In this document: one piece after another, positions 29,149 to 39,057 of the stretch | Position numbering within the stretch: the stretch's first letter is position 1 | Layout of the letters: the number at the start of each line of letters is the position of its first letter | Assembly: GCA_025935615.1 (NCBI GenBank) | Contig: JAICUY010000002.1 | Coordinates: forward strand, 6,605 to 70,604 | Length of the DNA stretch: 64,000 nt | Origin: Steroidobacteraceae bacterium | GTDB lineage: Bacteria > Chloroflexota > Limnocylindria > QHBO01 | Direction of reading: 5' to 3' | Notes under the pieces: generated by a model | Told to the model about the DNA's origin: nothing | What the model saw: the letters and a program-made list of their open reading frames with translations, nothing else | Databases searched by the model: none | Position numbers and translations under genes: made by a program

Positions 29149-29154
29149 CCCGCG

Positions 29155-30189
29155 GTGGACCTGGTCGACCAGCTGCGCGCGCTGCCCAAGGCGGAGCTGC
29201 ACCAGCACCTTGACGGGGCGCTGCGCCCGGCGACCGCCGTCGAGCTGGTGGGCGACATCGGCCTGCGCCTGTCGCTCGACGAGGCGCGCCGCCGGCTCAT
29301 CGCCCCGGTCCGCTGCGCGGACCAGGCTGAGCTGCTCACCTACATCGACCTGCCGATCGCGCTGTTGCAGAGCGCCGCCGCGCTGCGCCGCGCGGCGTCC
29401 GAGCTCGTCGCGGACATGGCCGCCGACGGTGTCACGTACGGAGAGATCCGCTGGGCGCCTCGCCTCCACCTCGATCGCGGCCTGGGCGTCGACGACGTGA
29501 TCGAGGCGGTGGCCGCCGGCGTGGCCGAATCCCGTGCGGCGCTCGGCGACGGCGCGCCGCTGATCGGGCTGATCGTCACCGCCATGCGCTCGCATCCACC
29601 GGCCGCCAACGTGGCACTTGCACGCAGCGCGGCGGCCTTCGGGCCGCCGGTCGTCGGCTTCGACCTCGCCGGCGCGGAGGCGGCCTTTCCCGCTCCCCCG
29701 CACGCCGCCGCCTTCCGCGCGGCGGAAGCCGGCGGCCTGGCGCTCACCGCCCACGCCGGCGAGGTCGCCGGCGCGCAGCGCATCCGGGAGGCGGTCGACC
29801 TCGGCGTGTCACGCATCGCCCACGGCGTCACCGCCGTCGAAGACCCGGCGATCGTGGAACTGCTCATCGAACGTGACATCACGCTGGACCTGTGCCCCAC
29901 CAGCAACGTGCAGGCGGGCATCGTCCCCGAGCTCGCTGCACATCCGCTGGCGCGGCTCCGTCGGGCCGGCGTGAGTGTCACCATCTCGACCGACGACCGC
30001 ACGGTCAGCGACACGACGCTCAGCGCGGAACTGGCGCGTACCGCCGCCGCGCTCGACATCCCGCGCGCTGAGCTGGCGGCGATCGCGCTGAACGGCTTTC
30101 GTCGCGGATTCACGCCGGGCGCCACGCTGGTTGGGCTCCAGCGAGCGGCGGCCACGCCCTGGAGCGGCTGGGTGGCGACCATCAGCTGA
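29155..30189 (+). CDS. add: Adenosine deaminase
   Basis: The N-terminal motif LPKAELHQHLDG, LTAHAGE and ISTDDRTVS (the SLNTDDP equivalent) are present. The start is probably the GTG at 29155, because no in-frame ATG lies upstream of the conserved N-terminus. Confidence 0.8.
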   Translation: MDLVDQLRALPKAELHQHLDGALRPATAVELVGDIGLRLSLDEARRRLIAPVRCADQAELLTYIDLPIALLQSAAALRRAASELVADMAADGVTYGEIRWAPRLHLDRGLGVDDVIEAVAAGVAESRAALGDGAPLIGLIVTAMRSHPPAANVALARSAAAFGPPVVGFDLAGAEAAFPAPPHAAAFRAAEAGGLALTAHAGEVAGAQRIREAVDLGVSRIAHGVTAVEDPAIVELLIERDITLDLCPTSNVQAGIVPELAAHPLARLRRAGVSVTISTDDRTVSDTTLSAELARTAAALDIPRAELAAIALNGFRRGFTPGATLVGLQRAAATPWSGWVATIS

Positions 30190-31033
30190 GCCACGCGCCG
30201 AGCCGGTCTGCCAGCTCGGCCGGGTCGCGGGCCACCATCCATGGCCGATGGTCGCCGCTCAGCGCATCGGCCGCCTCGGCATCGGCCACGCCGGTCAGGA
30301 CCAGCGCGCAGCGGATGCCGGCGCGGTTGGCCGCGACCACGTCGGCATCCGGGTTGTCGCCGACGACCACCGCTGCCGACGGTGGCGTGCCGGTCTGCTC
30401 GAGGATCGCCTCGAACATCGCCGGCGACGGCTTGCCGATCACCACCGGCGCAACCCCGGACGCAGTGGCGATGGCGGCGACCATGGCACCGGCGCCGGGC
30501 AGGAAGCCGCGGCGGGTGGGGTAGCGGGCATCGGCGTTGGTGGCGACGAACGACGCACCGCCAAGCAGCGCCGCCTGCGCCGCTGCGAGAGCGTGGAAGC
30601 CGAACGAGAGGTCGAGGCCGGCGACGACCGCGTCGTAGTGCTCGTTCAGCGGCCCGTCCTCGCCCTGCCGCGCGGCCTCGGCTGCGCGCGTGACCCGGTA
30701 GCCGGCGGCCTGCAGCATGCCGTGCAGCCCGTCCTCCCCGACCGCGAGCACGCTCCTCACCTCGGGGAGGTGCCGCTGCAGGTGGTCGATGGTGGCGGTG
30801 GTGGAGGTCACGATCTCCTCTGCACGCGTGGCCACACCGATCGCCTCCAGCCGGCGCGCGAAGTCCTCAGGACGGCGCATCGAATTGTTGGTGGCGAATC
30901 GCACGGCGATCCGCGCTCGCCGCAGGCCATCGATCAGCAGCGGCGCACCCGGAACGGCGCGGTCACCGCGGTAGACGACCCCGTCCAGATCGAAGATGAC
31001 CAGCTGCGGCCGTGGGCCTGGGTCGCTCTGCAT
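30182..31033 (-). CDS. HAD superfamily subfamily IIA hydrolase (NagD-like sugar phosphatase)
   Basis: The start ATG at 31033 gives MQSDPGPRPQLVIFDLDGVVY (DxD motif I). Motif II FATNNS and motif IV GDNPDADV are also present. Confidence 0.7.
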   Translation of the reverse strand: MQSDPGPRPQLVIFDLDGVVYRGDRAVPGAPLLIDGLRRARIAVRFATNNSMRRPEDFARRLEAIGVATRAEEIVTSTTATIDHLQRHLPEVRSVLAVGEDGLHGMLQAAGYRVTRAAEAARQGEDGPLNEHYDAVVAGLDLSFGFHALAAAQAALLGGASFVATNADARYPTRRGFLPGAGAMVAAIATASGVAPVVIGKPSPAMFEAILEQTGTPPSAAVVVGDNPDADVVAANRAGIRCALVLTGVADAEAADALSGDHRPWMVARDPAELADRLGAWLS

Positions 31034-31214
31034 CGGCGCGATGATATCGGCGCGACCACATGGCGCGTGCACGGCATGTCGGACTGCAACGCACATTTGC
31101 ATTGAGCGCCGCTCAGCGGAGGCAGTATCATGCCGCGGATTCGCGCCGGGGTGTCCACCCGGCTGCGCACGAGCGCGCCGTCAAGCGGCGCACCACGGAG
31201 GCTAAGGAGATTCC

Positions 31215-32333
31215 ATGCGGAAGCAACGGTTCGGCCTGCTGGCCAGCCTCAGCGTCGCGGCTCTCATCCTGGGAGCCTGCCAGGGCACCGGTCCGGGCAC
31301 CGGCAGCGGAAGCCAGGGCCCGACGAGCGACTTGAAGATCGGCCTGGTGACCGACGTCGGCACGCTCGACGACAAGAACTTCAACCAGTTCAGCTGGGAG
31401 GGTGCCAAGCAGGGCGCTCAGGCGATCGGCGCGCCGGAGCCGCAGTCGGTCGTGACGACCGCATCGGCCGACTACGCCAAGAACATCCAGTCCTTCGTTG
31501 ACCAGGACTACGACATCATCGTCACGGTCGGCTTTGCCCTCGGCAACGACACCACCAAGGCTGCCAAGGCCAATCCGAACATCAAGTTCATCGGTGTCGA
31601 CCAGGGCCTGTGCGTCACCGAGAGTGGTGATCCCGACCCCGATTTCGGCTGCAAGGGTGACGCCGCCAAGCTGCTACCGAATTACCAGGGCCTTGTCTTC
31701 AAGGAGCAGCAGCCCGGGTACCTGGCCGGCATCGTGGCGGCCAGCATCAGCAAGTCCGGCCACATCGCGGCCATCGGCGGCACGAAGGTCGTTCCCGCCG
31801 TCGCCAACTACATTGCCGGCTACGCCAACGGCGCGATGTCGGTCAATCCCGACATCAAGGTCGAGCAGCAGTTCGTCTCCGAGGCGCCCGACAACGCGGC
31901 GTTCAACGACCCGGCCGGCGGCAAGGCCTTCGCCGAGCAGCTGCTCGCCCAGAATCCGGACGTCGACGTCCTGTTCCAGGTCGCCGGCAAGACGGGCAAT
32001 GGCGTGCTGCAGGCAGCGTGCGACGCCAACATCCACGCCATCGGCGTCGACGTCGACCAGCACGAGTCGACCCCCGAGTCGGCGAAGTGCATCGTGACCA
32101 GCGCCGAGAAGAAGCTGACCAAGGCAGTCTCGGACGCGATCAAGCGCGTCGCGGACGGGTCCGATAAGGGCGGCACGGTGCCGCTCGACATCACGACCGA
32201 CAGCATTGGTCTGGCTCCCTTCTACGACGCCCAGAGCCTGATCACCCCGGACATCCAGTCGAAGATCGACGCGGCGATCAAGGGGCTCAAGGACGGCTCG
32301 ATCGATCCGTGCAGCCCCACCGCCTGCGTGTGA
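31215..32333 (+). CDS. BMP family (PnrA/Med-like) nucleoside-binding ABC substrate-binding lipoprotein
   Basis: The signal peptide has an LGAC lipobox and the body is BMP-family sequence. An AAGGAG Shine-Dalgarno lies 7 nt upstream. Confidence 0.85.
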   Translation: MRKQRFGLLASLSVAALILGACQGTGPGTGSGSQGPTSDLKIGLVTDVGTLDDKNFNQFSWEGAKQGAQAIGAPEPQSVVTTASADYAKNIQSFVDQDYDIIVTVGFALGNDTTKAAKANPNIKFIGVDQGLCVTESGDPDPDFGCKGDAAKLLPNYQGLVFKEQQPGYLAGIVAASISKSGHIAAIGGTKVVPAVANYIAGYANGAMSVNPDIKVEQQFVSEAPDNAAFNDPAGGKAFAEQLLAQNPDVDVLFQVAGKTGNGVLQAACDANIHAIGVDVDQHESTPESAKCIVTSAEKKLTKAVSDAIKRVADGSDKGGTVPLDITTDSIGLAPFYDAQSLITPDIQSKIDAAIKGLKDGSIDPCSPTACV

Positions 32334-32364
32334 TTCGAACGCCTCTGACCTGAGAGCGATCACG

Positions 32365-32393
32365 AGCGGGCCGTCCCACGGGGCGGCCCGCTC
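32365..32393 (+). terminator. Intra-operon stem-loop after the binding-protein gene (GAGCGGGCCG..CGGCCCGCTC)
   Basis: The stem is 10 bp. It sits between the BMP binding-protein gene and the ATPase gene. Confidence 0.3.
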
Positions 32394-32408
32394 GCTGTTC
32401 GACCATCG

Positions 32409-33986
32409 ATGACCGAGCCGACCGCACCCCTCGAGCAGCACGGTCCCCCGCCGGCGCTCGAGATGCGCGGCATCACCAAGCGCTATCCGGGGGTGCTGGC
32501 GAACGACGGGATCGACCTGCAGGTCCACCCCGGCGAGATCCACGCGTTGCTCGGCGAGAACGGCGCCGGCAAGACGACCCTGATGAACATCCTGTACGGG
32601 CTGGCGACGCCCGATGCCGGACAGATCCTGCTCGACGGCGAGCCGGTCAGCATCTCGAGCCCATCGGACGCCATCCGCCGCGGCATCAGCATGGTCCACC
32701 AGCACTTCATGCTGGTTCCGGTACTGTCGGTGGCAGACAACATCCTGCTTGGCGAGGAGCCGATGGCAGGACCGGTCTTCCTCGATCGCCGTTCGGCGTA
32801 CGGGCGCCTGCGGGACCTCGCCACGTTCTTCGGCTGGGAGATCGATCTGGATGCTCCGGTCGGGACCCTGTCGGTCGGCTGGCAGCAGCGCGTCGAGATC
32901 CTCAAGGCCGTGTACCGCAATGCACAGATCCTCGTCCTCGACGAGCCGACGGCGGTCCTGACACCCCAGGAGACCCGCGAGATCTTCACCATGCTGCGCC
33001 GGCTGACCACCGAGGGCTACAGCATCATCTTCATCAGCCACAAGCTGTATGAAGTGCTCGAGATCGCGAACCGCATCACCGTCATCCGACGCGGGCGCGT
33101 CGTCGGCGAGCGCCTTCCGTCGCAGACCGATGAGGAGGACCTGGCTCAGCTGATGGTCGGCCGCGAGGTACAGCTCACCGTCGACCGCGGCACGAGCCAC
33201 CCCGGAGAGCCGCGGCTGGTGGTCGACGACCTGTATGCGCGGGATGATCGCGGCCACGAAGTGGTTCACGGCGTCAGCCTCGAGGTCCGCGCCGGTGAGG
33301 TGCTCGGCATCGCCGGCGTGGCGGGCAACGGGCAGGACGAGCTGGTCGAGGCGCTGGTCGGCCTGCGGCGGCCCAGCGCGGGTCGAGTGCAGCTCGACGG
33401 CCACGACGTGACGGGTGCCGGACCGCGCGACCTCCACCAGCGGGGCATGGCCTTCGTCCCCGCCGACAGGCATCGATTCGGCCTCGTGCTGTCGTACCCG
33501 CTCACCGACAACCTGGTGCTGACCGACTACTTCCGTCCGCCGTACGCGCGCGGCATCATGCGGGACGAGGACGCGATCCGGGTCCAGGCCGGGAAGGCGG
33601 TCGAGCAGTACGACATCCGCACGCCGTCGGTCGACGTGGCGGCCGCCACGCTATCCGGCGGCAACCAGCAGAAGGTCATCGTGGCCCGCGAGCTCGACCG
33701 CGACCTGCGGCTGCTGGTCCTCGACCAGCCGACCCGCGGCCTCGACGTCGGCAGCATCGAGTTCATCCACCGCCAGGCGATCGCCAAGCGCGACGCCGGC
33801 ACGGCCATCCTGCTCGTCTCGGCCGAGCTCGACGAGGTCCTCGAGCTGTCGGATCGGATCGGCGTCATGTACCGCGGCCGGCTCGTCGCGCTGATGGACG
33901 CCCGCAGCGCGACGCGCGAAGCCGTCGGCCTGCTGATGGCGACCGGAGGCAGCCAGCCGCAGAAGACCGATACGGGCGCGGCATGA
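32409..33986 (+). CDS. ABC transporter ATP-binding protein with two nucleotide-binding domains (nucleoside/sugar type)
   Basis: There are two Walker A sites (GENGAGKTT and GVAGNGQDE) and two signature regions (LSVGWQQRVEI and LSGGNQQKV). Confidence 0.9.
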   Translation: MTEPTAPLEQHGPPPALEMRGITKRYPGVLANDGIDLQVHPGEIHALLGENGAGKTTLMNILYGLATPDAGQILLDGEPVSISSPSDAIRRGISMVHQHFMLVPVLSVADNILLGEEPMAGPVFLDRRSAYGRLRDLATFFGWEIDLDAPVGTLSVGWQQRVEILKAVYRNAQILVLDEPTAVLTPQETREIFTMLRRLTTEGYSIIFISHKLYEVLEIANRITVIRRGRVVGERLPSQTDEEDLAQLMVGREVQLTVDRGTSHPGEPRLVVDDLYARDDRGHEVVHGVSLEVRAGEVLGIAGVAGNGQDELVEALVGLRRPSAGRVQLDGHDVTGAGPRDLHQRGMAFVPADRHRFGLVLSYPLTDNLVLTDYFRPPYARGIMRDEDAIRVQAGKAVEQYDIRTPSVDVAAATLSGGNQQKVIVARELDRDLRLLVLDQPTRGLDVGSIEFIHRQAIAKRDAGTAILLVSAELDEVLELSDRIGVMYRGRLVALMDARSATREAVGLLMATGGSQPQKTDTGAA

Positions 33987-35098
33987 ACCTGCGCCGCACG
34001 CTGTCGCTGGTCACCATCCCGCTCCTGGCCATCGTGCTGGCCCTGATCGTCGGGGCGGTCGTGATCATCGCCAGCTCGCCGCTGGTCAGCGGCCATCTCG
34101 ACCTGGTCCTCCCGCTGCGCGCCTACGCGGCACTGGTGAGCGGCGCATTCGGGACCGTGAACGGGCTGATCCAGACCATCGTCAGCGCCTCGCCGCTCAT
34201 CCTGGCCGGCCTCGCGGTCAGCATCGGCTTCAAGGCAGGCCTCTTCAACATCGGCGCCCAGGGGCAGTTCCTGGTCGGCGCGGTCGCCGCCGCAGCCGTC
34301 GGTGCCGGCCTCGCGCACGCGCCGGCGCCGGTCGCGATCGGCGTTTCGATTCTCGCGGCACTGGTGGCGGGCGCGGTCTACGGCTTCATCCCCGGCTTCC
34401 TCAAGGCGTTCACCGGAGCGCACGAGGTGGTCACCACGATCATGCTCAACTACATCGCCATCCAGTTCGTGGCGTATCTGATCACCGGGCCGCTGCGCGC
34501 CACCGGCGCGACCTTCGCGCGTTCGCCATCGGTCGGCGCCGCCGAGCTGCCCGTTCTCATCGGCCGCAACGGGCACCTCGGAATCCTGTTCGCGCTGGTG
34601 GCGGTGCCGATCGCCTGGTGGCTGCTGTATCGCACCACCATCGGCTTCGAAGTCCGCACCGTTGGCGCCAATCCCGACGCCGCACGCTACGCCGGGATGT
34701 CGCCGCGTTGGATAGTGATCGCCACCATGACGGTCTGCGGCCTACTGGCCGGGCTGGCCGGAGCGGGCGAAATCCTGGGCATCACCGGCTACATGCCGGC
34801 GGGCTATTCAACCAATGTCGGCTTCGACGGCATCACCGTCGCGCTGCTGGGTCGAGCAAATCCCATCGGCATCCTGTTCGGCGGGCTGCTGCTGGGCGCC
34901 ATGCGCGCCGGGTCGAACCTGATGCAGATCCAGGCGGGCGTGCCCGTTCAGATGATCGACGTGCTGCAGGGCGTGATCCTCTTCTTCCTTGCCGCCGAGC
35001 TGGTCGTGCGCTATGTCTTCCGCGTCCGCGCGGCTCGGGCCCAGGTCACGGAGCTGCAGACGGTGTCGCGCTCGTACGGCCAGCAGACCACGCCGTAG
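33983..35098 (+). CDS. ABC transporter permease (BPD_transp_2 type)
   Basis: The 371-aa ORF has multiple TM segments and overlaps the ATPase gene by 4 nt. Confidence 0.8.
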   Translation: MNLRRTLSLVTIPLLAIVLALIVGAVVIIASSPLVSGHLDLVLPLRAYAALVSGAFGTVNGLIQTIVSASPLILAGLAVSIGFKAGLFNIGAQGQFLVGAVAAAAVGAGLAHAPAPVAIGVSILAALVAGAVYGFIPGFLKAFTGAHEVVTTIMLNYIAIQFVAYLITGPLRATGATFARSPSVGAAELPVLIGRNGHLGILFALVAVPIAWWLLYRTTIGFEVRTVGANPDAARYAGMSPRWIVIATMTVCGLLAGLAGAGEILGITGYMPAGYSTNVGFDGITVALLGRANPIGILFGGLLLGAMRAGSNLMQIQAGVPVQMIDVLQGVILFFLAAELVVRYVFRVRAARAQVTELQTVSRSYGQQTTP

Positions 35099-35101
35099 GC
35101 C

Positions 35102-36166
35102 ATGGAAGCCATCCTCGACCTGCCGGTCATCGGCCTGATTCTCCAGTTCATCGGCTACCTGGTGCAGGTCGTCGTGCTCAACGGTGGACTGATCATCACG
35201 CTGTCCACGCCGATCGGTCTCGGCGCCCTGTGCGGCTTCATGAACGAACGCTCCGGCGTGGTGAACATCGGCATCGAGGGGATGATGCTGGCCAGCGCCT
35301 TCGGTGCCTGGTATGTCGCGTCGATCAGCGCCGGCTTCCTCCCGGACGCGGCGGGGCCGCTTGGCTTCACCCTCCCGCTGCTGATCGGCCTGCTGGCCGG
35401 GCTCGCCACGGGCGTGCTGGTGTCGCTGGCCCATGCGTGGCTGTCGATCACCGTGCGCGCCGACCAGATCATCTCGGGCACGATCATCAACATCGTGGCG
35501 CTCGGCATCACCGGCTACCTGGCGCTGCTGATCAGCCAGAGCTCGCCGCGCTCCGCCGGCAATCTTTCGGCCCTGAACCTGCCGCAGCCGGTGACCGACA
35601 TCCCGGTCCTCGGCTGGCTGCTGGCGACCTTCCTGGAGCACGGACCGATCACCCTCTCGATGCTGGTCGTGGTGGTGGTTCTGCAGGTGCTCCTCTACCG
35701 CTCGCGCTGGGGCCTGCGCACCAGGGCTGTCGGCGAGCACCCGCGCGCCGCTGAGACGGTCGGCATCGACGTCATCGCGCTGCGCTACCGCAACGTCCTG
35801 CTCGGCGGCCTGCTGGCCGGACTGGCGGGAGCCTGGTTCACGATCGAGTACGGCAACTCGTTCCAGAGCGGCATGACGAACGGCCGCGGCTTCATCGCCC
35901 TGGCCGCCCTCATCTTCGGTCGCTGGACACCGCTCGGATCGGTGGGCGCCGCGCTGCTGTTCGGGCTTGCCGATACGTTCGGGCGTGCCATCCGGCAGAC
36001 GCCGCCGGCCGGCGATCTGGGTGCGGTGCTGGGCGCCATCCCGCCGCAGGTGTTTGCCGCCCTGCCCTACATCGTGACCATCATCGTGCTGGCAGGCGTG
36101 GTGGGCCGCAGCATTCCGCCGGCGGCCGACGGACAGCCGTATGAGCGCGAGGCGACCGCCCGCTAA
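35102..36166 (+). CDS. ABC transporter permease (BPD_transp_2 type)
   Basis: The 354-aa ORF has multiple TM segments and is the last gene of the BMP operon. Confidence 0.8.
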   Translation: MEAILDLPVIGLILQFIGYLVQVVVLNGGLIITLSTPIGLGALCGFMNERSGVVNIGIEGMMLASAFGAWYVASISAGFLPDAAGPLGFTLPLLIGLLAGLATGVLVSLAHAWLSITVRADQIISGTIINIVALGITGYLALLISQSSPRSAGNLSALNLPQPVTDIPVLGWLLATFLEHGPITLSMLVVVVVLQVLLYRSRWGLRTRAVGEHPRAAETVGIDVIALRYRNVLLGGLLAGLAGAWFTIEYGNSFQSGMTNGRGFIALAALIFGRWTPLGSVGAALLFGLADTFGRAIRQTPPAGDLGAVLGAIPPQVFAALPYIVTIIVLAGVVGRSIPPAADGQPYEREATAR

Positions 36167-36183
36167 ACGCGTGCGGACGCCCG

Positions 36184-36951
36184 TCAGCCGGTCGCCAACT
36201 CCAAACCACCGGGCTGCGCCGTCGGCGGACGCGCACTGGGCGGCACGCGAAGCAGCTCGTCGCTCAGCTCGAGACCGCGCAGCGCGGCGAAGACGGGCCG
36301 CTGGTCGTAGTCGACGCTGCGGAAGCCGATGGCCACGTCCGGCTGGCCGATGTAGACCACCGCGTAGCGGGCGCGGCCATCGCCGTCGAGCCCGCAGCCG
36401 ACGGACCCGGCGGCCACGAAATGGCTCTGCCCCACGATGCGGTGGAAGCTCTCGTGGGTGTGGCCGAAGCAGAACAGGTCATCGGCCTCGTCGCTGGCGA
36501 TGCGGGCGAAGTAGCGCGACGGCCGATCGGCCCACAGGTACTCGGTAGCCTTCAGTGGCGATCCGTGGAAGAGCAGGATCGAGCGGCCGTCGACGCTGAA
36601 GCGCTGGCTGGTCGGCAGGTTCCGCAGCCAGGCCCGGTTTTCGTCGGTGATGACGCGCTGCGTCCACGACAGCGAGGTCATACCCTGCTCCTCCGCCTCG
36701 GGGCCGGCGAAGACCGCACCACTTTCGACGCGGTCCATGCCAACCGCCTCGTCCCAGTTGCCCTGCACGGTCGGGATGTCGAGCGCGCGCAGCATCTCGA
36801 CCACCTCGTTCGGATGCGGGCCGCGACCGACCACGTCACCGGCGCACCACACCGTCTCGCAGCCGATGGCGGCGGCGTCGTCGAGCACGGCGCGCAGCGC
36901 GGGCAGGTTGGCGTGGATGTCGGCGATCAGGGCGGCGCGCATGGCCGCCAT
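36184..36951 (-). CDS. Metallophosphoesterase
   Basis: The motifs LIADIHAN, GDVVGRGP and GNWD are present (calcineurin-like phosphoesterase). Confidence 0.7.
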   Translation of the reverse strand: MAAMRAALIADIHANLPALRAVLDDAAAIGCETVWCAGDVVGRGPHPNEVVEMLRALDIPTVQGNWDEAVGMDRVESGAVFAGPEAEEQGMTSLSWTQRVITDENRAWLRNLPTSQRFSVDGRSILLFHGSPLKATEYLWADRPSRYFARIASDEADDLFCFGHTHESFHRIVGQSHFVAAGSVGCGLDGDGRARYAVVYIGQPDVAIGFRSVDYDQRPVFAALRGLELSDELLRVPPSARPPTAQPGGLELATG

Positions 36952-37016
36952 TCTAGAAGCGACCTAGACCGCGGCAATCACCCAATGTGCGCGCCCGGCG
37001 TGGTACGTCGGGGTCG

Positions 37017-38114
37017 TCAGCTGGCGGCCGCGGCGAGCCCGCCGCCGGCAAACGGCGCCGCCACCACGCTCACGCGGCCGGCGACCGTGCGTGCCAGCCC
37101 GCGCAGCGCCGTCGCCGCGGCCGAATCCTCCGATCCGGGGTACTGCGTCGAGGTGATCGGCACGCCGGCATCGCCGCCGGTGCGCACGCCGGGCTCCAGC
37201 GGGACGCGGCCCAGCACCTCCAGCTCGAGCTCGCGGGCGATCTTCTCGCCGCCGCCCGAGCCGAAGATGTCGTGCTCCTCGCGACAGTTGGGACAGATGA
37301 AGCCGCTCATGTTCTCGACCACGCCCAGCGTGCGGACGTTCACCTTGTTGAACATGGCGATCGCCTTGCGCGCATCGGTCAGGGAGACCTCCTGCGGCGT
37401 CGTCACCACCACCGCGCCGGTGAGCGGGATCAGCTGCGACAGCGACAGCGCCGCGTCACCGGTCCCGGGCGGCAGGTCGACGACCAGGTAGTCGAGCTCG
37501 CCCCACTCCACGTCGCGCAGGAACTGCTGGATGGCCGAGTGGATGAGCGGACCACGCCAGATCACCGGGGCATCGCCGGTGAGGAAGTACTGGATGCTCA
37601 TCATCTGCACGCCGTGGCTGATCACCGGGTTGACGCGGCCCGCGGCGCCGGTGACGTGCGCGCCTTCGGTGCCCATCATCAGCGGCACGTTGGGTCCGGT
37701 GATGTCGGCGTCCAGCAGGCCCACCCGTGCGCCGTCGCGCGCCAGGCTGACGGCCAGGTTGACCGCGACGGTGGTCTTGCCCACGCCGCCCTTGCCGGAT
37801 GCCACGGCGATGGTGTTGCGCACTCCGGGAATCAGGTCGGCGGCCGGTCCGCCGAAGGAGCGCTTGACGTTCGATGCCCAATCGACCCGAACGGCCGCGG
37901 CGCCCAGCGCCGCCAGCTCGTCGACGATCTCGGACTCGATCTTGGCTTTGAGGGGGCAGGCGGGGGTGGTCAGCTCGACGGTGAGGTCCACCGTGCTGCC
38001 GTCGATGGCGATCTCCTTCACCATCCCCAGTGAGACGAGGTCGCGCCCGATCTCCGGATCCTTGACCCGCGACAGGGCGCTCATGATGTTCTCGTTGGTC
38101 AGCGCGTCAGGCAT
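37017..38114 (-). CDS. mrp: Mrp/ApbC Fe-S cluster carrier ATPase with N-terminal DUF59 (MIP18) domain
   Basis: The start at ATG 38114 gives MPDALTNENIMSALSRVKDPEIGRDL (DUF59). The P-loop GKGGVGKTT and the CxxC motif CPNC are present. Confidence 0.85.
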   Translation of the reverse strand: MPDALTNENIMSALSRVKDPEIGRDLVSLGMVKEIAIDGSTVDLTVELTTPACPLKAKIESEIVDELAALGAAAVRVDWASNVKRSFGGPAADLIPGVRNTIAVASGKGGVGKTTVAVNLAVSLARDGARVGLLDADITGPNVPLMMGTEGAHVTGAAGRVNPVISHGVQMMSIQYFLTGDAPVIWRGPLIHSAIQQFLRDVEWGELDYLVVDLPPGTGDAALSLSQLIPLTGAVVVTTPQEVSLTDARKAIAMFNKVNVRTLGVVENMSGFICPNCREEHDIFGSGGGEKIARELELEVLGRVPLEPGVRTGGDAGVPITSTQYPGSEDSAAATALRGLARTVAGRVSVVAAPFAGGGLAAAAS

Positions 38115-38178
38115 GGGCTGAGCGTAGCAGAGGCGGGCGCATTGGTCCCGGAGCGCCTCCGACCGGCGGCCTCGCGAG

Positions 38179-39039
38179 TCAGTCGAGGCCGGAGAAGAGG
38201 TCGGTGTCCGCGGCTGCCTCGACGCCTGCCGCGACCGGCAGGTTGCTGCGCGCCAGGCGATAGGACTCGGTCGCCAGGAATCGGTCGCGCGCGTCGGCGG
38301 GCCAGTCGCTGAAGGGGCCGTCGGATCCGGTCTGCGAGACATGCCGGCTGATGGCCGCCAGCTTCAGTCCTGCCAGGTCACCCAGCTCGAGGGTCAGGGT
38401 CGGTCCCTGCTGCGAGCCGTAGCCTGCCGGGGCGCCTTCCCCGGCGGCGACCAGCTGCTCGGCCGGAACCACCAGGTGGTACAGCTTGGCCGCCCGCCAG
38501 GCCACCTGGTCCTCCTCGATGTCGTCCTCGTAGGCCAGCGGCTGCGCCGCGCGCTCGAAGGCGGTGTCGACGGCACGCGCCAGGCTGATGTGATCGGCGT
38601 CGCCGGTGACGCCATCCGGCCCGAACGACAAGATCACCTCGGGCCGATGCATGCGGATGGGCTCGACCAGGCGGCCGATCAGCTCGTCGGGCTTGACCGA
38701 TGCCAGCTCGTCCTCGGCGTAGTCGAGCATGCGCAGCACCCGCACGCCGAGCAGCGCCACCGAGCGCCGCAGCTCATCCTCGCGAACGGTGTCGAGGTTG
38801 CGCCACACGACCGGCTTGGCGTAGGACCGATTCCGACCGCCGGGCGCCGGTGCGGGATCGAGCAGTCGGGAATCGAAGAAGCCCCGCGTCGCGCACACCA
38901 CCACCACGTAGGCGCCGGCCGCGGCGGCGGCGGCGATCGCTCCACCGAAGCCGAACGCCTCGTCGCCCGGGTGGGCGACGACGACCATCAGGCTGCGCGC
39001 TGGATTGCGCTCTCGGACCGGCCGCCAGATCGAGGACAC
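38179..39039 (-). CDS. PIG-L/LmbE family N-acetylglucosaminyl deacetylase
   Basis: The VVVAHPGDEAF motif and the overall architecture fit this family. The 286-aa ORF may instead start at the internal ATG at 38988. Confidence 0.7.
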   Translation of the reverse strand: MSSIWRPVRERNPARSLMVVVAHPGDEAFGFGGAIAAAAAAGAYVVVVCATRGFFDSRLLDPAPAPGGRNRSYAKPVVWRNLDTVREDELRRSVALLGVRVLRMLDYAEDELASVKPDELIGRLVEPIRMHRPEVILSFGPDGVTGDADHISLARAVDTAFERAAQPLAYEDDIEEDQVAWRAAKLYHLVVPAEQLVAAGEGAPAGYGSQQGPTLTLELGDLAGLKLAAISRHVSQTGSDGPFSDWPADARDRFLATESYRLARSNLPVAAGVEAAADTDLFSGLD

Positions 39040-39057
39040 GGCCGGGAGTATAGAGGC

